This document shows, one piece after another, positions 1-10,244 of a stretch of DNA of 46,254 bases. The translations under genes and the position numbers were made by a program. Origin of the DNA: Chrysochromulina tobinii (taxonomy: Eukaryota). Every line of letters starts with the position of its first letter. Within the stretch, counting starts at the first letter, position 1. Below the pieces are notes generated by a model, which did no database searches, was not told where the DNA came from, and saw only the letters and a list, made by a program, of their open reading frames with translations. Location: NCBI GenBank assembly GCA_001275005.1, contig JWZX01003119.1, positions 1 through 46,254 on the forward strand. The letters are read 5' to 3'.

Positions 1-275
1 CCGGCAGCGACGCAGAACGGGGCCAGAACGGTGCGCATGAAAAAGTTGGTTAGTGGACCCCGGAACGCTCACAGAACGGACGTTGTGATACCGCGAGATA
101 GACGGGCCAGCACCGGGCGCCCATTCAACTGTATCCGACAGTCTCCGGTGAGCCCCGCCAGATTTTGCACGTGGATGAGATGGATCTTCCGCCTCTCGCA
201 CCCGCACCTCTCGCGGCCAACGCCTGACGCGACGCTCGTCCTCGCAGTCCTCGCGCAATTGAGGCACGCGTTGGT

Positions 276-1295
276 CTACGCTTTCACGACGCGGTAGTAC
301 GTGGTGCCTTCGCTCATGAAGCTCTTATCGTCAGTGTACACGTACGTATCGGTTGTGGCCGCGAACGTGATCTTCTTGTACTCGTTCGTGTACGTGAACG
401 CCTCTTTGACCGAGTCCCATCGATAGATGTCATATGTGGCACCCGGGGTCAGTTCATAGGCCGTGAGCGTGCCAGCGAGCGGTTCGGGCTTCTCACCGCT
501 GCGCGTGTCAGGCTCGCGCTCCCACGGTTGGATCTTCAGCGCCGCTAGCTGGTAGGGCTTGGGATCCTGGGTGAACCCCTTGGCCGCCCAACCAAATCCG
601 TAAGGGTTGCCCACACCGTACGAGTACTCGCCGCAGTCAGCGGGCTTGCCCATGCCGGCCCACTTACACGGGAGGGTGGAGATGGGCCGATGGACGGTGT
701 TGACGCCGCCATCGGTGAAGTGGACCACCACGTCGTCATCGTAGACGGTCGTGTCGTTGAGCGGGTGGTTTGACTGGATGCCAATGACGGGCTCGACGTG
801 GCCATACATACCCGCCGGCGGCACGAGATTGTAGATGGGATAATCCTGGCCGCTCCACATAATCATCCACGCAACCACGTGGCCCTGCACGAGCTGCGCC
901 TTGAGCCACTTGGCATACGCGGCAGTCTGCGGAACTGGCTCTTTGTTAAAATCAAAGGCGTCGTACTCGATCTTCAGGTTCTTCCAAGCCTCATCAATAT
1001 TGCAGGACAGGATCTCGCTATCGTGCCCACCGCAGTTGTGAGTATGGTCGCGGACCTGCTGCTGCGAGATCCAGGCACCTTTTGACAGGACGGCGCGCTG
1101 CGTCGCCCAGGAGCCGCAGTAGCCGCCCGCGTCATTCCATTGATAGCCGGGCTGAATATCTGCAATCCGCTCATACATCGAGTTGGGCTTGTTGCATTGG
1201 CCGTTCGCGCAAAGGGTGGTCTCGTTGATCCACGACGGAAACGGCATCGCGACCGCGCCGCAGAGCAGCGTGAGGTACACTGGCAACATCATCAT
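276..1295 (-). CDS. Secreted protein with a papain/C39-like cysteine-peptidase fold
   Basis: Intronless ORF, first ATG at 1295. Hydrophobic signal peptide (MMMLPVYLTLLCGAVA). Motifs QWNDAGGYCGSWA and GHVEPVIGI have the Q..CG / GH..V.G layout of papain-like C39 peptidases. Confidence 0.6.
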   Translation of the reverse strand: MMMLPVYLTLLCGAVAMPFPSWINETTLCANGQCNKPNSMYERIADIQPGYQWNDAGGYCGSWATQRAVLSKGAWISQQQVRDHTHNCGGHDSEILSCNIDEAWKNLKIEYDAFDFNKEPVPQTAAYAKWLKAQLVQGHVVAWMIMWSGQDYPIYNLVPPAGMYGHVEPVIGIQSNHPLNDTTVYDDDVVVHFTDGGVNTVHRPISTLPCKWAGMGKPADCGEYSYGVGNPYGFGWAAKGFTQDPKPYQLAALKIQPWEREPDTRSGEKPEPLAGTLTAYELTPGATYDIYRWDSVKEAFTYTNEYKKITFAATTDTYVYTDDKSFMSEGTTYYRVVKA

Positions 1296-1599
1296 CAATC
1301 CAGTTGGTCCTTTGTCCAACTCTTTGTCCCCCTGACACTATAGCCGCGCGTCGGAAGCGCCGACGAGACCGACTTCTGTGAATTGGAAAAGCGCCCCGTC
1401 CGAGGCGCGGCGCCTGGGTCGTCCTTGCCTCAAACAGCCTCGAGGCCTGCAGCCTGTTTGGGTTAAGGGGTGAAGCGTCTCTGGCGCGCTGTGTTGTCAA
1501 GTATTGTCGCCCCGCGGTTCGAGTTCAGCAAGCCCCGCCTTTCCTTCTTGGGTCTCGTGTTTTTATTGCTGATTCTCGCGTCTCCCTCTGCACTCGACA

Positions 1600-3268
1600 A
1601 TGAGCGACCGGAGGAGCGGAAAAAGCGTGCAACAGCTCTGGCTGTCGAAGCAACTTCATAGCACGATGCTGCAGAGCGATCTGTCAACAGACAGTGTCAG
1701 CGAGACAAACGATACTAGTATAGTTTTGGAGCCTGTCAAGGAGCATGCGCGATCGCTGATGGGGCGCACACTGAGCAGTCTCACCTTTCGTCGAGTCGCA
1801 GTCTCATCTTTCGGCTTTGCCAGCAACGACCCCGAGCATCCACCTGGGGATACTGATCCCGAACGATTACATCGGTCGATTTCCATGCCGCTGGCTGGAC
1901 TGCGACTCTCGCTGCGTGCCTCGCCAGCCAGGAGTCCCATGCCAACGAATTCGGCGCCCTCGAGCGTCGGCGGCGAGTTCGGCGGCAAAACTGTGCCCCC
2001 GAAGCTGTCCCCTAAGATCGGGGGCGCATTCGATGTGACGCAGGCGATGCTGCTGCGGGAGGCACAGGAAGCGCGCCAGCGCGCCGAGATGGAGCACGAG
2101 GCAGGCCTGCACGCCATTGCCGAGCTCGATGCGGAGCTCGAGGCGATGCACGCACGGCTGAAGGCCGAGCGTGAGGCGGCCGGGGCCGAGCTTGAAGCGA
2201 CACGCAAGGCGAGCGCGGCGCAGCTCGCGGCGGAGAGGAGCGGCACGAGACTGACGGCCGAGCAGAACGCTGCCAGTCACGAGCAGCTCAAGGCAAAAGT
2301 GGCGGAGCTCCAGAGGGCTCTAGAGCGGACCGCCCGGGCGGAGGCGGCCAAAGTGAAGGAATTGGAAGCCACCGATCGAGACGATGCGGCGTGGGAAGCT
2401 GAACGCTGAGAGGGAGGCGATGAAATGCGAGGCGGTCCTGGCCGCGGAGGTGGCCAGACACAAGGACCGGGTGGCGGAGCTGCAAAAGGCTTTCGAGGCC
2501 GCCCGGGCGGAGGCGACCAAGGTGGAACACTTGGAGGCCACCATCGAGGCGATGCGGCAGAAGAGATTTAGCGTGGAGATGGAGGCCATGAAACGCGAGG
2601 CAGCCGCTGCCGCAGAGGTGACCGCCCTTATTAAGAGCAAGGAGCTGGCCGATAACATGTACATGAACTCGCTGCGCGAGATTATGCGCACGTCCGCCAA
2701 CGAGGCGCAGCGCGACAAGGATGCTGCCATCGCAAGCCTGCGCATCGAGTACGAAAAGAAGTTCAATTTACTCAAGACGCGCGTGCGGACGATGATGCAT
2801 CAGCGCGAGGTGGGCTCAGCAGGTTCTTATCGGGGAAGCAGCAGCCCCTTTTCGTCGAGAACGTCGACGATCGCCGACGAAGATGATCTGTTCCTCATGT
2901 TGGAGGAGGAGGCGCCCTCTGCCGCCCAGCCCTCCGCCGCCGAATCCTCCGTCGCCCAGCCCTCCGCACGGTGGCAACATGGGTGGCCCTCCGCTGCCCA
3001 GCCCTCCGCCACCCACGAGCCCTCAGCCACCCAGCCCTCAACCCAGCCGAACATTCAGGTGTGGGCAGGCAGCTTCGTCCCCGGGATGCCACGCCCTATT
3101 GTGCAGGAGATGAATGAGCGCGGGGAGCTGGAGCATCCCCCACGTGGGCTTGCCCACGAGGAGGAGTCCGCCTCTGCGTCCTCAGGTTCGAGCCCGGCCG
3201 CCGCCTTCTTCTATTCGCTCGGCGTGCCGGGACTATCCAGACCCTCGCTCGGGCTTACCGGCTTATAG
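1600..3268 (+). CDS. Coiled-coil hypothetical protein, split by a +1 frameshift near 2374
   Basis: ORFs 1600-2409 and 2384-3268 are both E/A/K/R-rich coiled coil. Removing the G at 2374 restores the internal repeat ARAEAAKVKELEATIETMR, matching ARAEATKVEHLEATIEAMR downstream. Confidence 0.65.
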
Positions 3269-3788
3269 CATGCTTGAGACCAGCATATCATCATCATGCG
3301 GTATCAGCATGCCATCACAAGGGCTTCAACTTGTGAATTAGTGATGCGTGCGGCTGCAGGACAGTTTGGACAATCACACAAGCTTGACCGATTCGCATCC
3401 TTGGAACATTGCACAATCTCGCTGAATAGGGACCCGCAGTAGGGAGTAGCAGTAGGCAACAGCCGGTCCATTGCGGCGGTCAGACGTCAGTCGACTCCGA
3501 GGTACACAAGGAGCAGCAGCAGGAGAGGGAGGAGTGTCCATAGAGTCCAACACGGAGAGTCCATTACGGGAGTTTAGTGCTTACATTGCGCCGATCAGAT
3601 ACAACGTGTTTTAGATCGAGGACGCAGCGGGGCGGAGGCCAAAAAATCGTTCGATTCGAAATCATACAAATGCGCTTAGCGGTATACTTTGAGTAGGATC
3701 GATTTCATAAGTAATTCCCAGTAATTCCTCAAAGAATGGTGAGCTGCTGAGAAACTCTCTGTGTCTGAGCTCGAACAGAAACCTCGCG

Positions 3789-4435
3789 ATGCTTCGATGT
3801 GCAATTCTTGTTGCCGCCGTGCTGCCTCTGGCCGAGGCGTTCGCGCCCGCGGCCCGTGCGCCGCTCCGCCTCGCGCGCGCCCGGTCGGCAGCCGCCTCTT
3901 CGAAACCGCTCATTTCGATGAACGACTCGGGTGAGGGTGCGGGCTTCTCGCTGCCCTTCTTTGGTGGCAAGCGGCAGGCTGGTGAGAAGGAGGTGGCAGG
4001 CTGCGGAGGAGGAGAAGATGACGATCGAGAAGGTGGCCTCGTTCGGCATCGCTGGTGTGCTGTCGATCGCCGTCGCCGAAACGGTCTTCTGGGTGCTGTC
4101 CTTCCCGACCTCTGAGCTGCTATACTATTCGTCCACTGGCGAATGGATTGATCTTCTGACGCAGGAGGGCCAGATAAAATTCCTCGCTTTCACGGTGCGC
4201 TCAGCGCCGTGCACGAGCACGCCCACGTGCCATCGCGCCACTCCTCTGCATGCAAACACTCACGCGCTGCGTGTCTGCCAAGTGGACGCAGGCGGGCTGG
4301 GGTGCACTCGGCGGTGTCATTGCGCAATATCGCACCGTGCTCACCGCCGCGGCGATGACGCCCTGGATGGACAGGGTCGTGGTGCAGCCATACATAAAGC
4401 CGGCGCTCGACAAGATGAAGAACAAGGATGCGTGA
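3789..4435 (+). CDS. Small plastid-targeted membrane protein (intron 4195-4291; +1 frameshift near 4000)
   Basis: Signal peptide ending AEA-FAP followed by an R/A/S-rich transit peptide. Hydrophobic segments (FGIAGVLSIAVAETVFWVLSF; FLAFT/AGWGALGGVIAQ) join in frame across the GT-AG intron 4195-4291. Confidence 0.7.
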
Positions 4436-4621
4436 GAGCGCGTGTGCACCCGGCCGCATGCGAGGAGAGGTTTGCATGGTGCATCGCCTATCGGCGCCCG
4501 TCTCTCAACCCTCCAAAGAGCCGCCACAGGATGTGCGTCTCCAGTAGGGACACGCCTAGTAGGATGGGGGTGTTTGTACTGTCCGAATCGTTGCGCAAAA
4601 ACGCTCGAGACGGCGTTTTGC

Positions 4622-6673
4622 ATGCCGCGATCGCATTCGTGGACACCCGTGGCGTGGCTCTTGCCGTTGGCGGCTTTGGGGCTTATTGCGTCGGCGAGCG
4701 CGCAATTCACCGTGCAAGTATTGATCGAGCCCACCATCGATGCGTCCAGGGTGCAAGCCGCCGTTGTTACGCTTTCCGGTCCGGGCTCCGACCCTATGAT
4801 GAAGTGGCCCACGGGTGAGCGCTTTCGCGACGGTTTCATCGACGGGTCCAAGGGGCTCGTGCGCTTCAACCGGCCGCTCGGCATCGCCTCCGGACCAGGG
4901 GGTGTGTACGTGGCCGACTCGCGCAATCATGCGATTCGTCAGGTGTTCGACAGCGGCAGCACCAAGACCATAGCTGGCGGCCGAGGTGCCGGCTTTGCCG
5001 ACGGTTTGGGCGAGAATGCGAAATTCTTCAACCCGTGCGGTATCGCCGTGGGCCCGATCGGCGAGATTTACGTGGCCGACACGGGCAATAACGCTATTCG
5101 GAGAATCTACCGCGGCAGAGTGACGACGCTGTACAGGGGCGTGACAGGTTACGGGGTTGAGAGCGGCTCGGAGGTGCTCTCTGCGGGAGCGGAGTCCCGG
5201 GCGGTGCACGTGAACGGGTTGGCCGCAGCGACGTCTCCCCCACCCACGTCGTACACGTATGGAGATCCGACCTCATTCGGCGAGCCCAGCACGCCGCCGC
5301 CGCCGCCGCCGCCGCCGTTGCCTGATGAGCGTCCTCAGGGGCTCTGGAATCCGCAGGGGGTCGCCGTGTGGCCGCAGAGTGCGCACGGCGACGTGGTCTT
5401 GCTGGTGGCCGACACGGACAACCACCGGGTGGTCGCGCTCACGCCACCGCGCGGGTGTGTGGCCGAATCACCCTTTTGCATTCACAGTGAATGGTCTGCG
5501 TCTCTCTTTGCTGGCAGTGGCTCCGCGGGATTTGCAGACGGCATGGGGCCGGCGGCGCAGTTCCGCTACCCCAAGGGCATCGCCCTGTGCCCGTTCGAGG
5601 GGCAGTATCAGCTGCTCGTGGCCGACTCAGGCAACAACGCCATCCGTGTGGCGACAATGCCCTCGTCGACCGTGTATGACTTTGACCAGTTCCTAGGACC
5701 GCCCCCGCCCTCGCCTCCGCCGCCGCCAGTCTCGTCGCCCCCACCGCCGCCCAGTCCGCCGCCGGTGGCAGTGGTGTTTTGCCTGCCGCTCTTCACCGCG
5801 AACGGGACCTTCCTCAACCTGACCGTAGCGTACGCGAACCTCTACGCACTGCGAGCCGCAGCTCAGCGAGGCAACCGCACTGTGCAGACAGCCCTTTTGA
5901 GTGAGATCGAAGCTGCCGGCCCGCGAGGGGCTCGCTTCACTTTCGTCAACGGCACCGAGCTGTTCCGGCTCAACTTCTGCAACAACGGCACTGGCACCAT
6001 CTGCACCAACGTCAACGGCAGGCCCGTCTGCTCTGTGCTTCCGCGGCCGAATGTAACGGTCGTGCCGCCGATGCGGCCGCCGTCCATGCCGCCGCCACCG
6101 CCACCACCGCCGGAGCCTTCTCCGCCGCCGCCGCCGCCGCCGGCCAGTGTGGGTACCGTGCGCACCCTCTCGGGAGATGGCGCCCCTGGCGACCTCGACT
6201 CACGCACTCGGCGCGAGAAGCCCCGGGCTTCGTTGCTTCTCGTGACGCGCCTCGCCGCGCGCTTTGCTCTACCCAGTGGCGTCGCGTGTGACGCGGGCTA
6301 TGGCGGGGCGATCGTCGCCGATTACGCCAACCATCGCATACGGCAAGTGAATCGAGAGGGAGTCACTGTGACTGTGGCAGGCTACCGAGCCGAGGGTGAA
6401 TCCGACGGGCGTGGCGCAGGTGCACGCTTCCGCGGCCCCGCAGCCATCACGCGACATGCTGGCAAGTACCTCGTGGTTGAGGCGGAAAACGCCGACATTC
6501 GACTCGTGTCGCTTCAAGAAGGCGAGCTCCGCGAAGGCCAAGCATCGACCACCACGTCCGTAGACGTGGGCATGATCACCGGGAACATCATCTGGCCGCT
6601 TTTGCTCATCGGTCTGCTCGCGTACGCCTATCTACGCTACGCTGCGTGGAGGAAGGCGAGGTGGGACTTGTAA
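4622..6673 (+). CDS. NHL-repeat, Pro-rich single-pass membrane protein
   Basis: Signal peptide (WLLPLAALGLIASASA), repeated F..P.GIA...YVAD..N.AIR NHL motifs, poly-Pro linkers, and a C-terminal TM helix (IIWPLLLIGLLAYAYL) with a basic tail. Confidence 0.85.
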   Translation: MPRSHSWTPVAWLLPLAALGLIASASAQFTVQVLIEPTIDASRVQAAVVTLSGPGSDPMMKWPTGERFRDGFIDGSKGLVRFNRPLGIASGPGGVYVADSRNHAIRQVFDSGSTKTIAGGRGAGFADGLGENAKFFNPCGIAVGPIGEIYVADTGNNAIRRIYRGRVTTLYRGVTGYGVESGSEVLSAGAESRAVHVNGLAAATSPPPTSYTYGDPTSFGEPSTPPPPPPPPLPDERPQGLWNPQGVAVWPQSAHGDVVLLVADTDNHRVVALTPPRGCVAESPFCIHSEWSASLFAGSGSAGFADGMGPAAQFRYPKGIALCPFEGQYQLLVADSGNNAIRVATMPSSTVYDFDQFLGPPPPSPPPPPVSSPPPPPSPPPVAVVFCLPLFTANGTFLNLTVAYANLYALRAAAQRGNRTVQTALLSEIEAAGPRGARFTFVNGTELFRLNFCNNGTGTICTNVNGRPVCSVLPRPNVTVVPPMRPPSMPPPPPPPPEPSPPPPPPPASVGTVRTLSGDGAPGDLDSRTRREKPRASLLLVTRLAARFALPSGVACDAGYGGAIVADYANHRIRQVNREGVTVTVAGYRAEGESDGRGAGARFRGPAAITRHAGKYLVVEAENADIRLVSLQEGELREGQASTTTSVDVGMITGNIIWPLLLIGLLAYAYLRYAAWRKARWDL

Positions 6674-6988
6674 CATACGCTCGAGGCTAACCTCTGTCTC
6701 CTCTCCTTCTCCTCCTCGGCTAGGCCATGGGCTGTGGGCGCATACCTCCTCCAATCCTCCACCACTTCGCGGTTGATCTCCGTCTCTGTGCTCAACGAGA
6801 AGAACGCAGCGCCACACCGAGAACTTAGTTAATAGTCGTTACGCAATTCAAAATGGCGATTTCAAAATTGTAGACCGAACGATTGTTCAGGTTCGGTTGG
6901 GTGACGTCAAGTTTCATCACCACCCCCGGACCCCTTCGAGAGCTTAGCCCCACACCGCCGAGCCCAAGTGTGCACAGCACAACGGCCA

Positions 6989-7666
6989 TCACGCGTTCCC
7001 AGCAGTCCCACTCTGTTTGTCAGGCGGAAGATCGCGGAAAATGACGGCGAGCCTCCGCCCCGCTCGCACAGGCACCGCTGCTCTGCTGTCCGCTGGCCAC
7101 CACTCCGCTGCATCCCGTGGTATGGCGTGCGCCCATTCATACCGTGCCTCCCCATGCAAGACGTACAGCGATCGCCGCGGCAGCCAGAGCGGCAACCACA
7201 CCTGCTGCTCCTGATCCTTCTCCCAGTGCAGAGTCATAACCGCGTCACTGAGCAGAGACAGCCCGACGATGTACGCGCCTGAATACTCAATGTGGTCCAC
7301 GTGTCGCCGAATGAAGCCCGTGGGCGCGAGATCAAGCAGGTGCGCTGGCTGCAGCGTGCAGTCCGCGGGGAAAATGGCGGCCGTCAGGCGCTGCAGTGCC
7401 GTACGTGACGTTTCCGAAAAGGAGCTCAGAGACTTTTGCATCTCGCGATAGCCCACAATCACGTTGTCAAAATGGCCTTCCTCAAAGGCCTTCCGCTTGA
7501 AGAAGCGATCTGCATCCGCTACGAGTGCCGCCTCCTCATCGGTGGTCACGGCGTCGCGATACACACGCAATGGCGGCGCTTGCCGCACACCGAGCGGGCG
7601 AACCGCACCGATCAACGAGGCGTCAGGCTGGGCGGTGACAGTGAATCGGCGCACACGCTGCCGCAT
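6989..7666 (-). CDS. ALKBH7: AlkB-family 2OG-Fe(II) dioxygenase, ALKBH7-like
   Basis: GHFDNVIVGYRE, HVD...GLSLLSDAVM, SLYVLHGEARYEWAHAI and RRLAVIFR match ALKBH7 motifs. First ATG at 7666. Confidence 0.85.
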   Translation of the reverse strand: MRQRVRRFTVTAQPDASLIGAVRPLGVRQAPPLRVYRDAVTTDEEAALVADADRFFKRKAFEEGHFDNVIVGYREMQKSLSSFSETSRTALQRLTAAIFPADCTLQPAHLLDLAPTGFIRRHVDHIEYSGAYIVGLSLLSDAVMTLHWEKDQEQQVWLPLWLPRRSLYVLHGEARYEWAHAIPRDAAEWWPADSRAAVPVRAGRRLAVIFRDLPPDKQSGTAGNA

Positions 7667-7850
7667 GCCCGGGCCGACGCTACGCGTTTTGTAGTACTGT
7701 TTTGTAGTGTGAAAAGGTGTACTTTTGACAGCATCTTTTTGTGTGTTTGAGTCACATCCTCCAGCTGACCGTTTGGTGTGCGCAAAAACGCCTACCACGA
7801 CGCGCCACCTAAATTGACTCTGAGCTCATTTACGCAGATTCGCCCCGATA

Positions 7851-8444
7851 ATGCTTGCGCTCTCTACTTCTGCCTTCGCCTTCCAGGCGCCGATGCTGCA
7901 GCCGACACGCGCGATGCGTGCCGCTGTCACGATGGGCGTGGCCGATTTGCCGGGTATCTCGACCGAGACCGGCAACAAGTTGTGGGACCCGCTGAAGCTC
8001 TCGGAGAAGATGGATGAGTCGAACCTCAAACTCGTGCGCGCTGCAGAGCTCAAGCACTGCCGTGTCGCGATGCTCGCGACGGTCGGCTGGGCGTGGACGG
8101 CGACGGGCACCCACTTCGAGGGCATGCTCTCGTTCAACCCGCCCGTTTCCTTCGCCGACGCTGCCGCTGCTGGCAACCCGCTGCTCGCGGCTGCCATGGT
8201 GCCTGGCTTTGGCATCTGGCAGATGATCCTCGCCATCGGCGGGCTGGAGATCTATTGGGAGAAGAAGTACCCCGCGACCGAGTTCGGTGGCAACTTTGGC
8301 GTGCCCGCCGTTACGCAGGACCCGAAGAAGCTCAAGTTCTTCCAGGACGCCGAGCTCAAGAACGGTCGGCTGGCGATGATCGGCATCATCTCGTTTGCTA
8401 CCGCGGTGGCCGTACCGGGCTCCGTTCCGTTCTACCCCTTCTAG
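7851..8444 (+). CDS. Light-harvesting chlorophyll a/c (fucoxanthin) binding protein
   Basis: WDPL, ELKHCRVAMLA and ELKNGRLAMIG LHC motifs; short signal peptide with SAFAF plus a transit peptide. Confidence 0.96.
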   Translation: MLALSTSAFAFQAPMLQPTRAMRAAVTMGVADLPGISTETGNKLWDPLKLSEKMDESNLKLVRAAELKHCRVAMLATVGWAWTATGTHFEGMLSFNPPVSFADAAAAGNPLLAAAMVPGFGIWQMILAIGGLEIYWEKKYPATEFGGNFGVPAVTQDPKKLKFFQDAELKNGRLAMIGIISFATAVAVPGSVPFYPF

Positions 8445-9019
8445 ATCACAGGCTCGTGACGATGGGTGCTCGCCACGACCGATAGGAAATGATGACTCAC
8501 CCCCATGCATGGGGGCTGAGAGCCCACCGTCGGCCCTCGGGGCTCGAGGATGGTCGCGTCCGAGGCGGTCCATATCTGGGCCTGGCGAGTGCCGACCGGT
8601 GCGTGTACTGTTGCGCAGCGTGCGCTGGCCTCACGTACTGATGTCTTTCTCATGCAACGCATACTAACAAAAGTCAAAACCGCGCGGCGGCATTTAATGT
8701 CGGCCGCGCTCAGAGTGCCGTAACCGCTCCAGCACGAGGGACCGGACTGGGACAGGAGCAGGACCGTTCGAGGTTCGTCTCCGCTCCACGAGGGACCGGA
8801 CAGAACAGGACCGATCGTCTCGACGAGGGGATAGCAGAGCGCGGTTCGCGGTCAGGCCGAGCCGAAAGAGCGCGGCGTCCCGAACGAGAAAGCCGCATCC
8901 AGGCTCCCTAGGCCGAGTAGTGCCAGGCGCACTGCCCGCACGAGCCCGGGGGGATAGGGGGGGTGGGGGTATGCCACTTGTCGAGTTTGTGTGTCAGTTG
9001 CTCATCTCACGCGATCTCA

Positions 9020-10066
9020 TCAACGTGCCTCCATCTGACGCGTCATCGCGAGCTTCTGCTCGTATTTGTCGGCGGCGGGGTCGTGGAGAGCCTTCGTGCC
9101 CAGCATCTTGCCCGTGGGCACCGCCGACTTGAAAGTCTGATCGGAGATCCATTTCTCCCGGTCGACTTCGCGGTCGAGCGACGCGGGTGGCGGGTGGTAA
9201 CCGACGCCGCCTGTGTGGACGGAGCCAGGGTAAACGAGGGGCCGCTTGCCAGTGGCGGTCACAAAGTCCTCTTGGGCCATGCGCGTCGTCTTCGAGAGCC
9301 ACTTCTCCTGCCGCTCCTCCTGCTGCATCTCGGGATATGTGGCCTCGTGCATGTTTCGCGGCTTAATGGGCGGTAACGAGCCGACGGGCACGAGCTTCTT
9401 CTTGCGCAGCTCCGTCTTGATGAGCGGGCGCACGGCGTTGCGCAAATGGTCCTCGACGGGTACGCCGAAGGCCGTCGGGTGGTAGCCGACGTGGTAGGGC
9501 GAGTTGTAGATGCCCGCGCACGAGGCTGTCGAGCGCAGGTGGTGCAACCGCGTGGCGAGTCGGGTGACCGTCTCGCGCCCTTTGGTCTCCTGCTGCTGCG
9601 TGATCTCTGCGACCTGCTGCTCGAGGGAACGCTGCAGCTGCCCCTTGAGCGATTCGCCTTTACGCAAGACCGCGTCCACGTACGCCTTGCGCGCGTAGAA
9701 ATTGTGCAAGTACTTTCGCGAGTGAAACCCTCGGAAGCGCAGCTGGATGGTGGTGGCGAAGGAGTCGAAGAACTCGCGCTGCAGCTGCGTGTCGCGCTCG
9801 ATGCGCAACCGCCGCGCACGCTGCCGCCCAAGGTGCCCCCGCGCTATCCGCTCGACGATGAGCCCATGGTGCGCCCAGTAAGCGATGAGCACCCGCGTCA
9901 TGCGGCCGCGCCACGCAGACTGCAGGCGCGTGCACGCGGCCGACTCGCGCGGCCGCATGGACTCCGCCAATGCCGTCTTCACGTAGAAGGCTTCGCTCAG
10001 CTCCGCCTCCGCTCCCGACCGCTTTGCCCGCATCCACGCGGCAAAAGTGCTCGAGGCGGCCGCCAT
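9020..10066 (-). CDS. IQ-motif calmodulin-binding protein, SPATA17-like
   Basis: IQ-like motifs LQSAWRGRMTR, VERIARGHLGR and IQLRFRGFHSRKYLHNFYARKAYV. Likely ATG at 10066 (ORF open to 10156). Confidence 0.7.
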   Translation of the reverse strand: MAAASSTFAAWMRAKRSGAEAELSEAFYVKTALAESMRPRESAACTRLQSAWRGRMTRVLIAYWAHHGLIVERIARGHLGRQRARRLRIERDTQLQREFFDSFATTIQLRFRGFHSRKYLHNFYARKAYVDAVLRKGESLKGQLQRSLEQQVAEITQQQETKGRETVTRLATRLHHLRSTASCAGIYNSPYHVGYHPTAFGVPVEDHLRNAVRPLIKTELRKKKLVPVGSLPPIKPRNMHEATYPEMQQEERQEKWLSKTTRMAQEDFVTATGKRPLVYPGSVHTGGVGYHPPPASLDREVDREKWISDQTFKSAVPTGKMLGTKALHDPAADKYEQKLAMTRQMEAR

Positions 10067-10244
10067 AGAACAGCGCCTCCCTAACAACTCCTGCCCGTCC
10101 TGTGGGGAAATATGAAACCGACAAAAGATCGCTACGGAGCTGATTCGAGATCCCATTCCCTCTTACATGTATTTGCGTGGGCAGGGAGTGTGGTTTCTGA
10201 TGCGGTTTTGCTTGTTTTCGTAACGTGAAGTCGCGGCGCCGCGC

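Noticed and set aside
1470..1661. Short hydrophobic ORF resembling a signal peptide
   Set aside because: GTG start, 63 aa, and it overlaps the better-supported ORF starting at 1600.
7830..8573. 247-aa antisense ORF over the LHC gene
   Set aside because: Shadow ORF of a strongly codon-biased gene.
8725..8832. Short degenerate direct repeats (ACGAGGGACCGGAC) between convergent genes
   Set aside because: Only 2-3 degenerate copies with no terminal inverted repeats or TSD; cannot be called a mobile element or terminator.
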